From: a virus
Lineage: Duplodnaviria > Heunggongvirae > Uroviricota > Caudoviricetes
DNA length: 58,048 nucleotides
Virus record (IMG/VR): IMGVR_UViG_3300020048_000033
Location: 85,156-143,203 of that record
Reading direction: 5' to 3' (one strand)
This document shows positions 8,149-17,448 of the stretch, in pieces (the stretch's first letter is position 1; every line of letters begins with the position of its first letter). Both the position numbers and the translations under genes were made by a program. The notes under the pieces were generated by a model. The model had not been told where the DNA came from, did no database searches, and saw only the letters and a program-made list of their open reading frames with translations.

Positions 8149-9183
8149 GTGGGATTTATGACAAATGTGCTACAAAATCGAGTAAAAGCTCGATTAAACA
8201 GGGTTGAGGAAGCTTCTTCAACTTCCAACAAGTTTACTATTGGTGCAGATTATGCGGGGGTACTTACACGGGAGTTTAAACAAGCAATTTCTGTTTGGGA
8301 AACTATTGCACAAACTCGGGAAGGTCAAAGAGAACTTATTGAGGCAGGTATTGAACGGGAAACGGACGCTATTAATTACATTCTCTACAGGGGGAATGCA
8401 ATGATCCACAAGGCTTATTCTTCCTATGCAAAGTCTTTCGATAAAGGAAACTATGTAGATGACTTTCAGGGTTTTGTAAGTGAGGTTTTACTCCTCATGA
8501 AAAGTGAAAAGTCCCCCCTTGATACCTTTGATATGGATAAAGTCGATGAGAAGTTTGACTTGTTAAAAGCTTGTATAATCTGGTGTGGAAGATATTTCAC
8601 CACGCTTTCCCAGAGACTGGAGAATAATGATCTTAAAGGTGGCGTTTCTGGACATGGTTCAGGTGCACCCGGTTCCAAAAAAGCTGTAAGGGTTTCAAAC
8701 TCATCCTTTGATGAAGATAACTCGGATAGCGGAAACTATAGCATTACCCAAGATTCTGATGGTGGTTATGTAAGTACCTCAGGATACAATGGTTCGGATT
8801 CTTCTGGGGTTGCTTTTAAAAGACCCACTGAACAGTCGGGACTATCGGCAGAATCTATGGAAACTCTTAAAATCTGGAAAAACTTTTGTAATGATTCTGT
8901 ATTGTATGATGGAGAAAAGATTTCTTCTGGCTATAAAGTTTTTTCTGTGGCAGGAGTAATGAAAGACATCTTACGAGGAAAAAGAGTAAGAAATCAAAAG
9001 TATGCAGATGAAATTGGTTTTTCCTTAGGGACAGCGGTTAATAGAGCAAATTCTGCACAGCGCACACTTAAAACGTATTTCAACTCAAATACTAAAACTG
9101 GCATAGACTTGGAAGACCTTAAAGAACTAAAAGACGAACTAGGGGCTGAAAAACTTATTTCGTACTTCCGAAAGGAAGATTAA
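8149..9183 (+). CDS. putative sigma70-family RNA polymerase sigma factor
   Basis: Region 1.2/2-like RELIEAG..ETDAINYILYRGNAMIHKAYSSY...DDFQGFVSEVLL...DTFDMDK..F...IIW; region 4 HTH-like QKYADEIGFSLGTAVNRANSAQRTLKTYF. Confidence 0.62.
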   Translation: MGFMTNVLQNRVKARLNRVEEASSTSNKFTIGADYAGVLTREFKQAISVWETIAQTREGQRELIEAGIERETDAINYILYRGNAMIHKAYSSYAKSFDKGNYVDDFQGFVSEVLLLMKSEKSPLDTFDMDKVDEKFDLLKACIIWCGRYFTTLSQRLENNDLKGGVSGHGSGAPGSKKAVRVSNSSFDEDNSDSGNYSITQDSDGGYVSTSGYNGSDSSGVAFKRPTEQSGLSAESMETLKIWKNFCNDSVLYDGEKISSGYKVFSVAGVMKDILRGKRVRNQKYADEIGFSLGTAVNRANSAQRTLKTYFNSNTKTGIDLEDLKELKDELGAEKLISYFRKED

Positions 9184-9201
9184 TCCAACCAACTTTTAAT
9201 T

Positions 9202-9228
9202 AAAAGCACCCAAATGGGTGCTTTTTTT
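9202..9228 (+). terminator. intrinsic terminator
   Basis: AAAAGCACCC-AAAT-GGGTGCTTTT followed by Ts. Confidence 0.9.
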
Positions 9229-9283
9229 CAGTTTAAACTCTATCAACTAATTTTCTATAGAGTTATAACGGAGGATTGATTAA

Positions 9284-10372
9284 ATGAACAATGAATTTTC
9301 TGAGGAATCAGAAGTAGAGCTTAAGGATGAACGCCTTAAAAGAATTAGGGCTGAGAACACAGCAAGGAAAGAAGATATCCCTAATGGATATATTTCTATT
9401 GAACTTTCAACAAAAGGAGCATTAGGTGCTCCACGTATTTTCCATGTAAGAAACTTTAGTACAGGGGATCTTTTGAATCTTGCCTTGACAGATGATTCAG
9501 AATTACCTATGAAAGTAAGTGATATGCTTGACAATCTTATCTTAGAAAAAGATGTATCAATTAAAGACTTCCATGAAAAAGAAGTTATTGAAACATTGAT
9601 TACTATTTACAAGGTATTTTATACCAGCATAATGAAAGACGTAGAGTATCAAGTTTCAAAAGATGATTGGGATTTTCTTGAAGCACGTTTAGGGAAAGAT
9701 TCTCCTGAGTACAATCAAAAGTTTATGGAGTATCAACAACGAAGATGGATTCCAAGAACTAACATTGAAATGGAAAAGATTGAATATTATGAAATTGATG
9801 AGAATATTAAAACGAAAGTTCATATTAAGAAACCGGATTTTGATGCAGTATTTTCATATCCTAAATATGGGGATGTAGTACTTCTTAGGGATTTTATTGA
9901 AAAGGTTTATAAGGAAGATGATAAACGATATGCATCTATTCTTGAGATAGTTAAATATCGAAGGGATGTAGAGGAAAGAATTAGACGTGGAGAAAACATT
10001 GATCTAAGACGTATTCCCAACATTACTAAAGACGATGAAAAACGTATTAAGGAATATGAACTTGATAAGGCTCAATTTATGGTTGATGCAGTAAAGGGTT
10101 TACGACTTGTTGAATTGAATGGTGTTGATTTATCTAAGACACCTCTTGAAGACCGAATTGAATTGGGTAAAGATGCTAGGTTTGACTTTACTATTTATAA
10201 AAAAGTAAATGAATACTTTGAGAAGATGCAAATTGGAGCAAAGGAGGAAATACCTGTGTATAACCCTGTTCAAGGAAAAGTTATGCTAAGGAACTATTCG
10301 TTTCGAATCTTTGACTTCCTTCAGGCCCTTAAAGACACAGAGTGTGATTCGACTGTTATCGAGTTTATCTAG
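9284..10372 (+). CDS. tail/baseplate hub assembly chaperone (T4 gp26-like / lambda G-like)
   Basis: FHVRNFSTGDLLNLAL motif; lies directly before the tape-measure gene. Confidence 0.6.
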   Translation: MNNEFSEESEVELKDERLKRIRAENTARKEDIPNGYISIELSTKGALGAPRIFHVRNFSTGDLLNLALTDDSELPMKVSDMLDNLILEKDVSIKDFHEKEVIETLITIYKVFYTSIMKDVEYQVSKDDWDFLEARLGKDSPEYNQKFMEYQQRRWIPRTNIEMEKIEYYEIDENIKTKVHIKKPDFDAVFSYPKYGDVVLLRDFIEKVYKEDDKRYASILEIVKYRRDVEERIRRGENIDLRRIPNITKDDEKRIKEYELDKAQFMVDAVKGLRLVELNGVDLSKTPLEDRIELGKDARFDFTIYKKVNEYFEKMQIGAKEEIPVYNPVQGKVMLRNYSFRIFDFLQALKDTECDSTVIEFI

Positions 10373-10568
10373 ATTTACCTCAAACAGTTACGAGGTTGTA
10401 TCAAGTATGCCTTTTCATATTGCAAATGCTATTTGGACAGACTACTGTAATCAGATAGAAGAAGAAAACGATAAACAAAAGGAATCAGAAGGTTCTGGTT
10501 CAGGAGGATTTAAAATGCCTCCGATTCCCTCGATGCCAAGTTTCCCTAGTATGCCAAAGTTTAATTGA
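10311..10568 (+). CDS. chaperone C-terminal extension (T4 gp51-like / lambda T-like), probably reached by frameshift
   Basis: Overlaps the previous gene by 62 nt in the +1 frame; S..MP......W......EEENDKQK pattern; no clear SD. Confidence 0.55.
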   Translation: MTSFRPLKTQSVIRLLSSLSRFTSNSYEVVSSMPFHIANAIWTDYCNQIEEENDKQKESEGSGSGGFKMPPIPSMPSFPSMPKFN

Positions 10569-10572
10569 AAAG

Positions 10573-10598
10573 AGGGCTGGTTAATTCCAGTCCTTTTT
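10573..10598 (+). terminator. intrinsic terminator
   Basis: AGGGCTGG-TTAATT-CCAGTCCT followed by TTTT. Confidence 0.8.
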
Positions 10599-10641
10599 GT
10601 TTATACAATTAAAACTAAACTAATTACCTATATCTGAAATC

Positions 10642-13600
10642 ATGGGAAGTATTATGGACGGATTAACTGACGCAGTAAATAATTTAATTGACTCAACAAA
10701 AGCTATGGCTTCTGGAGGAAACGAAACCCCCGAAGGACTTACTGCTAAGGATAAAAGTCTTCAAGACTCTCTAAATAGTTTAGATGGGGCTATGAAAGAA
10801 CTTGCAAAATCTATAATAACCTTAAATACTTCTACTATTGATCTTAAAGATTCTAATGATGAGGAATCTAAACCTGAGGATACCAAAGAAAAAAGTTTTC
10901 TAGAATCCTTAAAAGATGAGTTTTCTGGAATATTCAGTGAGTTAGGGAGTTCTCTTTTTGGTACAGGAAAAGATAAAAAAGGTATAGGTTCTCTTGGTGA
11001 TAAAAAAGCAAACAAGGCAAAACCGAAAGCAGAGGATTTGCTTCAATTATCAGAACGTGATGCTTTAGGCTCGTTACTCATAGCATCTAAGCTAGATGAA
11101 TTAATAGGTTCTAATAAAAAGAAAGGTGATGAAAGTGGTGGTGGACTTGGAGATGTATTTAAGGGATTACTTAAGGGTGTAGCAGGTATTGCGTTACTTG
11201 CTGTAGCATTAGTTATCTTCGCAGGAGCGGCAATACTTTTCAGTTTTGTAAATTGGGGTCCGGCTCTTGTTGGGTTGGTTATGTTCGCAGGATTTGTTGT
11301 CGGAGCAATAGTTATAGCAAAACTTATGGGAGCAAACTTAAAAGCATTTGCTGATTTAGCTTTAGGTTCCCTATTACTTGCCGCAGGTTTGGCAGTATTT
11401 GCTTTAGCTTTAGTGATAACTGCATGGTCTGCAAATTTGATTCTGTCTATGGGAATTGGTGGGATAGGTGGAATAATAATTATTCTTGCAATGTATGCAG
11501 GATTCGTTGTTGCCGCTTCTGCACTTGGAAATCTCTTAGGAGAAAATACAAAATATCTTAAAGATTTAGCAATAGGTGGATTACTTCTCTCTATAGGTTT
11601 AATGGTTTTTTCTGTAGCTTTAGTAGTGGTATCTTTCTTAGCAGATAAGATAGACATAGTATCGTGTCTTGGAACGTTAGTTTTATTTGGTGCCTTTGTT
11701 CTCAGTGCCGCATTAATTGGAAAACTTCTCGGAGAAAACTCTAAAGCAATTAAAGATTTAGCTATTGGTTCAATATTACTTTCTGTAGGATTAGTTGTTT
11801 TCGCACTTGCATTATTGGTAGTACAAGAAATAGCACAAAGAGTTGATTTGGTAAATAATGTATTTCCTACTCTAGGGTTATTCGTAGGATTTGTTATGCT
11901 TATGGCAGTCCTTGGAAAGTTGATAGAAAAAAATATATCCTCAGTAATAATGGTCGCAGTAGGTTCTCTTATTATGACAGCATCCTTGATGTTATTTGCT
12001 CTTACCTTAAAATATATAAATGATAACATTACAAATGAGGCATTGGTTAGAGGATTAATTACTCTTGGAATGATGGCTGGTTTTATTTTAGCTTTTGGAC
12101 TTATAGGCTTTGCGATAGTTAGCACACAAGCACTAATATTTATCGCCGTTACCACAGTAGCAATATTGGGAATATCTTTAGCCTTATATGCATTCTCAGG
12201 GGTATTAGGTTTAATAAAAGAAATAAACTTAACTCAAAAGGATTATCTTAATAGTATGTTGGTTCTTGGATTGGCGGGAGCTATGATGATGGCAATGATT
12301 CCTTTGGGGGCACTTTCACTTGTGGCTCTTCCTGCAACCCTATTGTTTGCTATATGGTCTGCCAGTGCGGCAATTGCTTTTAATGAATTAAACTCGGTTA
12401 TTAATGTTTTAACAAAGGGTTCGTTTATTGAAGGAATTAAAAAAGCGGATAGTTTTTTAGTTAGCAAAGATGGAATCACGGTAGGTAAATTTATAAATGA
12501 TGTAATGGATTCTTTACCTAATCCTATAATGACAGCCCTCTTCGCTATAAAAATGGGATTATTTGAATCTTTAACTTTTAACATGGCAAAGTCATTTCTT
12601 TCAATGCAAAAGGTTATTGATTCCATTGAGTATATTCGTAATAGAATGCCCTCGGATGCAGATATGGAACCAGTACTTACCTTGATGGAACGGGTAATAA
12701 ATGTTACCAGTAGAGCAATAGAAAGCGTAAAAGGTGCAAGTGCGAAAGCATTACAGGCGATAGGGGATACTGTTAGAGATGTTTGTTTAGGAATTGATAC
12801 TCTTTCAAATGTTATAATTAAATTAAAATCAATTAAACAATCTGATGTTATAGAGGGTTCTGAAAATATTAGGTTAATGATTACCAATCTTTTTGGTACA
12901 GAAGAAAACGGACTCTGGACAATAACAACACTATTTAAGGAATTAAAAAGGGTTGGTAAGGGTTCGGGTCCAGCGGCAGAAGCTTTAGTCCCTATTACTA
13001 CTGCAATAAGCTCCTTATCAGAAACTGTAAAAAGTCTTGTGGGTATTCAAGGATTAGATGAGGGAATTGCAAATACACAGAAAGTTGGTGAGCTTATGGC
13101 TAAACTTGCTGTTATATTTGGTGAGAGTGCTGGTGATACGGGTGGATGGTTTAAGTCGAGTTCTTCTGAAAAACTTGCAGAAGCTAAGAAGTCTTTTGAT
13201 GAAATTGGAAATATTATTACAGGACCAGTTAAAGTTATTGCCTCAAGTATTACAAGCTTGGACAATATAAATGGGTTAGGAAAAAAATTGGAAAACATTC
13301 TTCCTTCTGATGTAGAGGGTTTTTCTTCCAGAATGAAAAAGTTTGAAGACGGTACTAAAAACTTTAAGAAAGGTGTAGAAAATTTTGATGCACTAAATAA
13401 TGTGAAGGTAGACAAACTCGATATAATAAAAACTGCTCTTCAAGATATTTCTAAAATAACAATGATTGATACATTAAGACCTTTGACAGAATTACTTAAT
13501 AGAACAAAGGACTTGGAAAAAGTAAAAAACACTCTTGAGGAGATTGCAAAAATTTCTAAAAAGAATGAATCACTTAATATTGCAACCGTTCAAGCCGCTC

Positions 13601-13758
13601 CTAAGATGACGGGAAATGAATCTGTTAGAGATATAGTTGCACTGATATATCAACAAATGTTTGAGGGTTCTGGTGTTAAAATTGGAAACTGGCCCACAAT
13701 GGAAACCGCTAAGGGTATTACTAAAGATACTATTACCCCAGTACAAAACTTTTTATAA
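10642..13758 (+). CDS. tape measure protein
   Basis: 1038 aa, helical, repeated hydrophobic DLAIGxLLLSxGLxVF units; sits between chaperone and baseplate genes. Confidence 0.75.
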   Translation: MGSIMDGLTDAVNNLIDSTKAMASGGNETPEGLTAKDKSLQDSLNSLDGAMKELAKSIITLNTSTIDLKDSNDEESKPEDTKEKSFLESLKDEFSGIFSELGSSLFGTGKDKKGIGSLGDKKANKAKPKAEDLLQLSERDALGSLLIASKLDELIGSNKKKGDESGGGLGDVFKGLLKGVAGIALLAVALVIFAGAAILFSFVNWGPALVGLVMFAGFVVGAIVIAKLMGANLKAFADLALGSLLLAAGLAVFALALVITAWSANLILSMGIGGIGGIIIILAMYAGFVVAASALGNLLGENTKYLKDLAIGGLLLSIGLMVFSVALVVVSFLADKIDIVSCLGTLVLFGAFVLSAALIGKLLGENSKAIKDLAIGSILLSVGLVVFALALLVVQEIAQRVDLVNNVFPTLGLFVGFVMLMAVLGKLIEKNISSVIMVAVGSLIMTASLMLFALTLKYINDNITNEALVRGLITLGMMAGFILAFGLIGFAIVSTQALIFIAVTTVAILGISLALYAFSGVLGLIKEINLTQKDYLNSMLVLGLAGAMMMAMIPLGALSLVALPATLLFAIWSASAAIAFNELNSVINVLTKGSFIEGIKKADSFLVSKDGITVGKFINDVMDSLPNPIMTALFAIKMGLFESLTFNMAKSFLSMQKVIDSIEYIRNRMPSDADMEPVLTLMERVINVTSRAIESVKGASAKALQAIGDTVRDVCLGIDTLSNVIIKLKSIKQSDVIEGSENIRLMITNLFGTEENGLWTITTLFKELKRVGKGSGPAAEALVPITTAISSLSETVKSLVGIQGLDEGIANTQKVGELMAKLAVIFGESAGDTGGWFKSSSSEKLAEAKKSFDEIGNIITGPVKVIASSITSLDNINGLGKKLENILPSDVEGFSSRMKKFEDGTKNFKKGVENFDALNNVKVDKLDIIKTALQDISKITMIDTLRPLTELLNRTKDLEKVKNTLEEIAKISKKNESLNIATVQAAPKMTGNESVRDIVALIYQQMFEGSGVKIGNWPTMETAKGITKDTITPVQNFL

Positions 13759-13769
13759 GGAATTAAAAT

Positions 13770-14990
13770 ATGTCTACTGTTGAGGATACTGAAGTAAATG
13801 GAGTAAAGGTTATAAAACACTCTAAGAGTGTAAATACTGGTACTTCAAGAGATTATAATTTATCACACCCTTATGCGGAAACCTTAAAGACTGCTATAGA
13901 TTATTATGGGGATACCTCTATTGATATATCTCAAGATGTTATACCTTCGTTTACATCAGATATTAATCCCCATAAAGTTTTTCACTTGATGAGATATCGA
14001 GGTGATGTTGATGCTCTATCATCTTTAGACGCATCGGGTATGGCAGTTGAGGATTGGAGAAATTATGGAAGTCAAATTTCTCTGGATAAATATACCAATT
14101 TTAAACATAATTCATTTCTTTCAAGTACTGATGCAGGTAAAATAAATCCCGTAGTAAGTGAACATGTGTTACTTTTTTCTGACTCAAAGTCAATAGAGTT
14201 TGAGATGAAAAATACTTTTGGAAGACCTATAGCGGCACTTTTAGATAAACTTGTTAATTCTACAGTAGGTAGAGTTGCCAACGATGGTTTGGCACTCATT
14301 GCCGCTGGTACCTCAATTGCACAAAGCTCCGCAGGAACTGCCGTTGGTGATGCAATTGGTAGCTTGGTTTCTGCGGCCCCAGCTATCGCAGGAAATCAAC
14401 AGTTCATGTTGAAATATAAAAACATACCTGCTTGGACAGGAACGGAAAATCTTTCCATACCCGGTTCTTTAACTTTTAAGTTTGCTTTTGGTCAAGCAGG
14501 ACTTTTCGATGCGGCAGAAGAAGTGGTAAGACCCATTCTATCATTGGCTATGTATTTTGCACCTTCCGAAAATGATTCTATGGTAAGTGGTATTCTCCCT
14601 ACCGAATCTTATGTAAAAATAATGGGTGCTTATGCAGTAGCTTCTACCGCATCGACTGCCATGGCAAAGATGATAAATCCTACTGGTGGAGCTACAGGAA
14701 TTATTGAGGGTATACAAGGAGTGTATTCTGCACTTAATTCCTCGGTATCTGACATATATAATAAGAATGCGAGAGGAATAATGATAGCAAGATATGGAAA
14801 TATCCTTATACCTCCCTTTGTAGTAGCTTCGGTAAAATGGAAATTTGATATGTCTCAAGTTGATGAAAACGGGTATCCCTATAAAGGGGAACTTACTCTT
14901 GGTGGAATAGAATCCTTTCAAATGGCTACTCAAAGACTTATTCAAAGTACTGTTTCAAAACAATTTGCCCCTAAGAAAGGCTCTACCTAA
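13770..14990 (+). CDS. baseplate/tail-tube initiator-like protein
   Basis: C-terminal RYGNILIPPFVVASVKWKFD...GYPYKGELTL tube-fold pattern; follows the TMP. Confidence 0.55.
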   Translation: MSTVEDTEVNGVKVIKHSKSVNTGTSRDYNLSHPYAETLKTAIDYYGDTSIDISQDVIPSFTSDINPHKVFHLMRYRGDVDALSSLDASGMAVEDWRNYGSQISLDKYTNFKHNSFLSSTDAGKINPVVSEHVLLFSDSKSIEFEMKNTFGRPIAALLDKLVNSTVGRVANDGLALIAAGTSIAQSSAGTAVGDAIGSLVSAAPAIAGNQQFMLKYKNIPAWTGTENLSIPGSLTFKFAFGQAGLFDAAEEVVRPILSLAMYFAPSENDSMVSGILPTESYVKIMGAYAVASTASTAMAKMINPTGGATGIIEGIQGVYSALNSSVSDIYNKNARGIMIARYGNILIPPFVVASVKWKFDMSQVDENGYPYKGELTLGGIESFQMATQRLIQSTVSKQFAPKKGST

Positions 14991-15006
14991 AAGGAAGGAT
15001 AACTAC

Positions 15007-15315
15007 ATGTATTCAAGATACTCGTTAATGAAAGAAGCTGATTCTGCATTTGATATAGAAGATGGAGAACATTACCCTGATCCGTTATCAATAAATTATG
15101 CAACAGCAAAGTTTACAGAAATACCTGTAGCAAGAATAATTTCTACTGGAGATATATTTAAGTTTTGGATTCATATGAATAAAAACTACGGGCTTACGGA
15201 TCATGATGATATTCTATTAAATCTTAATGGGGTTCCTTATGTTGGGATGTTATCTCCCGGTCAACTTATATATGATATTGTTGTAAAAGATTTGGAAAAC
15301 TTTAATCAAAACTAA
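15007..15315 (+). CDS. baseplate LysM-like / gp53-like wedge protein
   Basis: SRY..., YG....DILLNLNG......LSPGQLI pattern; ATG 15007 follows AAGGAAGG. Confidence 0.6.
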   Translation: MYSRYSLMKEADSAFDIEDGEHYPDPLSINYATAKFTEIPVARIISTGDIFKFWIHMNKNYGLTDHDDILLNLNGVPYVGMLSPGQLIYDIVVKDLENFNQN

Positions 15316-15335
15316 TACTTAAGGAGGGTTTAATA

Positions 15336-16616
15336 ATGTCAGTATGTTTTACAATTTATTTAGATGGTGCAAGGTTAAACCCCCAAAGTATAAACTCTTT
15401 TAAAATTACATTAAGTATGAAAAGTTTATTACCTATTGGAGAATTAAGGCTGAATGATAAAGGTGGTACTTTTATAGGAAGCCTTGGAGCAAGAATGGGT
15501 TCAATAGTAATGGCTCAACTTACCGAGTCCCTAACTACAAGTGATGGTAAGGAACCTAATTCTTCCAATGTAGTTGATTCAAAAGTAAAACCCATAAACT
15601 TAGTTCCCTTAGTAGTTTGTAGGGTTATAGATAACAATAAAGATGGTCAAGAGTATATGGGGGGTGAAGTAATACTAAGCCTAGCTCATCCTTGGGCAAT
15701 TTTTAAGAGTTTTAATAATCACGCATATCCACCATCAACCCTTAGTAATGTTGTGCAGACAGTAATAGAAGATAAATCCAGAGGATATACAATTCCTGTT
15801 GGAAAAATTGATATTACAGATGATACGGCAGGTACTCCAAGATATAAATGTGGAATATCTGATGATGAGTTTTTACAACAACTTCTACTTCCCTTTTTAA
15901 TTTCTGATGCTAATCCGATGTATTCTTTTATTGATGATTTAGGAAATTACAATCTACGAACATTTGAAAATATTTACAAAGACGAAGCCACTGTAGCCTT
16001 AGTCCCTAACCAACTTACTTGGATAGCAATAAGTAAAGACTATGGCGAAGCAAATCCTTCAGTTAAAGAGATTGCAAATTATGACAGTTTAACCCTAGAT
16101 ATTGGAGGAGCCTCAATAAGAGAAATGCTTAGTTCACTTTCACCTAAAGTTTATTTTGAGGACACCTTATCAGGTTCAATAAAATCTGGAATATTACGTA
16201 AGTCTTTTAAGATTGGAAAAGGCACAAACTTTTTACCAATAAATAAAACACTTATGGATTTAGGTCCAATATCTAATGGATATATGTATCAATATAGAAC
16301 AATGGAAGATGCTGTAGGGTTAATGCACAGTTCTACAAAAACTTTAAATGAATTAATTTCTCTTCAAGTATCGTCTACCTTTTGTGGTACAAACCTCCCA
16401 ATTGGAAGTTCTGTAAAGCTATGTGTTTTATCAAACACCTCGGAAAAGAAAAAGTCTATGCATTGGTTATCAGGAAGTTATGTGATAATGGATAAAACTT
16501 ATTATTCTGAAGGTGAAATGTTAGAAGCAAAAATAATAACTACGATTGCTAAACCTATCGTAGAAACTTTGGGTTCAGATATTACAAAAACTGAAACCCT
16601 ATACTCAGGATATTAA
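15336..16616 (+). CDS. baseplate hub protein (gp27/gp44-like)
   Basis: Lies between the LysM-like and spike genes; C-terminal G..V.L......WLSGSYVI...Y. Confidence 0.6.
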   Translation: MSVCFTIYLDGARLNPQSINSFKITLSMKSLLPIGELRLNDKGGTFIGSLGARMGSIVMAQLTESLTTSDGKEPNSSNVVDSKVKPINLVPLVVCRVIDNNKDGQEYMGGEVILSLAHPWAIFKSFNNHAYPPSTLSNVVQTVIEDKSRGYTIPVGKIDITDDTAGTPRYKCGISDDEFLQQLLLPFLISDANPMYSFIDDLGNYNLRTFENIYKDEATVALVPNQLTWIAISKDYGEANPSVKEIANYDSLTLDIGGASIREMLSSLSPKVYFEDTLSGSIKSGILRKSFKIGKGTNFLPINKTLMDLGPISNGYMYQYRTMEDAVGLMHSSTKTLNELISLQVSSTFCGTNLPIGSSVKLCVLSNTSEKKKSMHWLSGSYVIMDKTYYSEGEMLEAKIITTIAKPIVETLGSDITKTETLYSGY

Positions 16617-16617
16617 T

Positions 16618-17406
16618 ATGGATGGACAATTCAACGCTAGAGCAAGACAAGGTATCCCTTATGAGGATAACTTAAAGATTTACAAAGCAAGAATCTATCG
16701 AATGTGTGGACCGAATGACGATAGAATACAAGTAAGAATACTTCCTCATATGATAGACATCCAAAGTGATGAGTTAGATAATCTACCAAAGTACCCCCCT
16801 TTCTTTAAGGGTCAAGCAATCTCTGGAAAAACAGAATATGATGATGGAAAAACTTCTGCTGAAAACGTATGGGTAGCATCCACTCCAGATTTTACTTTTG
16901 GTTTTGTTATGGGTCTTGCTAATGCGTTTGGTCAGTTCAGTGGAAAAATGTTTGATTCTTACAACTTCGATGAGTTAAAAAAATATTTAGTTAAGAGACG
17001 TATCTGTCCAGATGATTTTAATTATAGGGATTTAACTGTACAATTTTGGAGTGAGTATATTGATTCAGAAGGAAAATCGAAAGGTGGAATTCTTGAGTTT
17101 ATAAATAAGAAGTATGGACATAAATATATAATTACTACCTCAGGAGCAATATTTGCAATTACCTCGGATTCTATTTTACTTAGAATTGGAGGTGTAAACA
17201 CTGAACCCTTAGGAGGAACAAAATTTTCCTCCATGGAAATGACACCCGGAAAGATACGGTTTAAGACACCAGTTTTTGAGATTGATGCAGGAAAGGTAAT
17301 ACTTGGTAAACGAGGATTAAGCGTCCTTGCTACTACTGCACTAGGTTTAATACCGATAGCTGTTGATGGAATGAACTTAACTCCAGTAACAGATATTATG
17401 GTGTAG
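16618..17406 (+). CDS. baseplate central spike (gp5/gpV OB-fold)
   Basis: DRIQVRILPHM OB-fold start; beta-strand-rich C-terminus; synteny. Confidence 0.6.
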   Translation: MDGQFNARARQGIPYEDNLKIYKARIYRMCGPNDDRIQVRILPHMIDIQSDELDNLPKYPPFFKGQAISGKTEYDDGKTSAENVWVASTPDFTFGFVMGLANAFGQFSGKMFDSYNFDELKKYLVKRRICPDDFNYRDLTVQFWSEYIDSEGKSKGGILEFINKKYGHKYIITTSGAIFAITSDSILLRIGGVNTEPLGGTKFSSMEMTPGKIRFKTPVFEIDAGKVILGKRGLSVLATTALGLIPIAVDGMNLTPVTDIMV

Positions 17407-17448
17407 TTTATTTTCTACTAATTTTAAATAGACTATTCGGAGGTAGTA

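Noticed and set aside
11043-13415. Long minus-strand ORFs (370, 214 and 122 aa)
   Set aside because: Antisense shadows of the tape-measure gene; no SD or recognisable motifs.
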